Shown here in pieces: positions 61,182-64,000 of a DNA stretch of 64,000 bases. Where the stretch lies: assembly GCA_951406725.2 (NCBI GenBank), contig OX597824.1:80848001-80912000 (forward strand), given 5' to 3'. How positions within the stretch are numbered: the first letter of the stretch is position 1; each line of letters opens with the position of its first letter. The DNA is from Octopus vulgaris (Eukaryota). The notes beneath the pieces are model-generated. The model had not been told where the DNA came from. It made no database searches and saw only the letters and a program-made list of their open reading frames with translations. The translations under genes were made by a program, and so were the position numbers.

Positions 61182-61553
61182 TTATTTACTGATTCTATTG
61201 TCAGTTGATATTTGAAACCTCGGGGAGCCATGAGAGTTAACCTACAGTTCGAAAGACTTGCTCCTTTCCTTCATTTTCGTTATACATGCTGAAGAACGGG
61301 ATACAAGAAACATCTATGTCAATTGGCAGAGTCAATAATATTCTTTTATCTTGATATCGGCAAGAATCTTTGGAAGAGATAAGATAAGAACATTCCAGCT
61401 TAGTGATCTTGAAGTTGAAATCACCGTCAGATGAGTAAGCAGGGCGATGTCTGCATGTATAAACGTGTCTGTGTATGTATGTCTGTATATAATATATATA
61501 TATATATAGGCAAACACACACACACACATGTACATTTACACACACACACACAT

Positions 61554-61620
<67 letters not shown>

Positions 61621-61758
61621 CATAGACATTAACACTCTTACAAACACGCACACACATATATACACACATACATATTGGCGATTTTCGTATGAGTGTGTGC
61701 GCGGACGCGTAAGTGTAAGCATATATGTATAAATATATATATGATGCATATGTGTGTT

Positions 61759-61800
<42 letters not shown>

Positions 61801-61972
61801 CATATGTATACATAAACAAATACATGATATATGCATCAAATTAATTTGTCCACAAACAAATATACACAAGTATCTTCTTACATTCATATACACAGATACA
61901 TATGTGTGTGTCTATGTAGGTGTGTGTATATGTATGGATGCATGTATGTATGCATGTATATATATATATGTG

Positions 61973-62030
<58 letters not shown>

Positions 62031-62755
62031 ATATATATAACACACATATACACACGCAAACATATATATATATATATATACATACACACACACATATGCA
62101 CACGCAGACTTATATATATATATTTCTATAATGTGAGTGTTTCTACGTATATATGCATTTATGTTTGCGTATCAATGTATACGTACATATGTCTGTGGCC
62201 CTTGTAACATTTAGTGAAAACAAATTTGTTGGCCTCGACCTGAGAAAAAAAATCCTTTCGACCGTGTCTGGCACGCAAATCCTGTTCCTGTCAGAATTGC
62301 CCGCCTATAAGCTCCATCCGTCTCATGTTTGTTAGATCCTGTCAAATCGCTCGAAGTCTAACCTGGCACTATACAGCAATAATAACAACGGCAGCAAGAA
62401 ACATAAGAACGGGCTCATGTTGAAGAGTTAAAATCGTGTCTACAACGTCTCAGTGTAAATCCTCAATTACCTTGATTCCTAAGCGTATTATATTGCAAAT
62501 AATTATGCATGTATATATATATGAATATACCTTCTGTACATAAATAAGATTGATTGATTTATTAATATGTAAAGAGATAGACATACAATAGAGAAAACAT
62601 TAAGTCTATCATTAAATACGCCCGTACGGGTTATATATATATATATATATATATATACGTCACTTTGCAATCACGTAACTATGGTGCCTTGGGCAAATGC
62701 TTTCTGCCATAGCCCTGGACCAACCAATGCCTTGTGAGAGAATTTGGTAGGAGGA

Positions 62756-62830
<75 letters not shown>

Positions 62831-62842
62831 TGATAATAATAA

Positions 62843-62924
<82 letters not shown>

Positions 62925-62925
<1 letters not shown>

Positions 62926-63330
62926 GTCCTTTCTACTAAAGGCACAAGGTCTGAAGTTTTGTTGGGATGTGGGTACGAGTCGATTACATCGACCCCATTA
63001 TTTCACTGGTACTTAATTTATCAATCCCAAAAGGATGGGAGTAAATGTCGACAGCAGCGGAATTTGAACTCAGAGCCTAAAGACGGACGAAATGCAGCTA
63101 AGCATTGTGTCTCGCGTTGTGCTGCATTAACAATCATAATAATAGTAATGGCTTCAAATCTTGTCATAAGGACAGCATTTTGGGGGAAAGGGTTTAGTCG
63201 ATTACATTGACCCCCACTATGCAACTGGTACTTATTTTATCGATTCCGAAAAGATGAAAGGCAAAGTCGACCTCCACGGAATTTGAACTCAGAACATAGC
63301 GACGGGCGAAATACTGCTAAGCATTTAGCC
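62925..63330 (-). mobile_element. Two older family-A SINE copies next to (AAT)n
   Basis: gtcgattacat..ggaatttgaactcag..ctaagcatt motifs occur twice. Confidence 0.75.
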
Positions 63331-64000
63331 CGATAATACCCAAAATAAGCTCACTCCAAAACCAAGCTATTTCTCTCACCTCTTCACATGTTTGAGCGCT
63401 ACCACTGATAAACCACACACAAGTTGCAACTATTAACCACCACAAATAACAAGTACTGTCTCGATCTCTGGGATTCTTTTGGTTTCCATGACGCATAAAT
63501 TACTAAAATCACATTATCCCCCTACACAAGCCTCCAGTCAGTCGCAGGTAAGCGAACTGATACAACGTAATATGAAATGTCTTGCTTATGTAAACAACGT
63601 ATCACCCGGATCAGGAATCGAAACGACGGTCTCGTGATCGTGAGTTCAAAAAACCATAAACCCACGCCCCTAAAAACCAAATTACTTCCCTTCGCCCCTT
63701 CACGATTTTAAACCCTCCAATTAGATCCCAGTAAACAAATTAACGAATATAAGCGAAACACGTTCATACAAAACAAAAACGAAAGACAAAACAAACAAAA
63801 CACAGACTCAAACATCCACCTACATACAAACAAGCGTGCACGCATATACACATTCATACTTAGACATACAGACATATAGGTGACAATCACTCAAGTACAC
63901 ATACACGCAAACTGTGTATACAACTTTCTAATGACGCCAGAGTATTGTTTTATAAGCCACGATTACCTGACACTCAGCAGGAAGTGCGCTTGTTGCAATC

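Overview
Eukaryotic, AT-rich, microsatellite-saturated DNA. The repeat families look like those of an octopus or other coleoid cephalopod; this is inferred from the repeat landscape, not from a search. There is no complete protein-coding gene, and almost all ORFs in the track are translations of simple repeats. The window holds at least four tRNA-derived SINE families, fragments of RTE, CR1/L2 and R4/Dong non-LTR retrotransposons, mariner and Tigger MITEs, a mariner transposase remnant, a non-autonomous Helitron, and Penelope-like (PLE) terminal-repeat fragments. Highlights: (1) a 2.5-kb palindromic array of a ~563-bp unit in (TA)n at 13275-15816, each unit carrying a type I hammerhead ribozyme core with a palindromic stem III (retrozyme/PLE-like), plus a related fold-back copy at ~22.8-23.1 kb; (2) multimeric SINE chains bracketed by a single target-site duplication (TSD), including a site hit three times in succession; (3) two inverted copies of local DNA inserted at nearly the same position of one SINE family; (4) about 15 short minus-strand candidate exons, most reading best in phase 1, suggesting a host gene with many alternative C-termini (unverified); (5) an (AAT)n tract colonised by a Dong/R4 element and a non-coding family with the same 3' anchoring. 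All alignments were done by eye, so ends of degenerate repeats are approximate.
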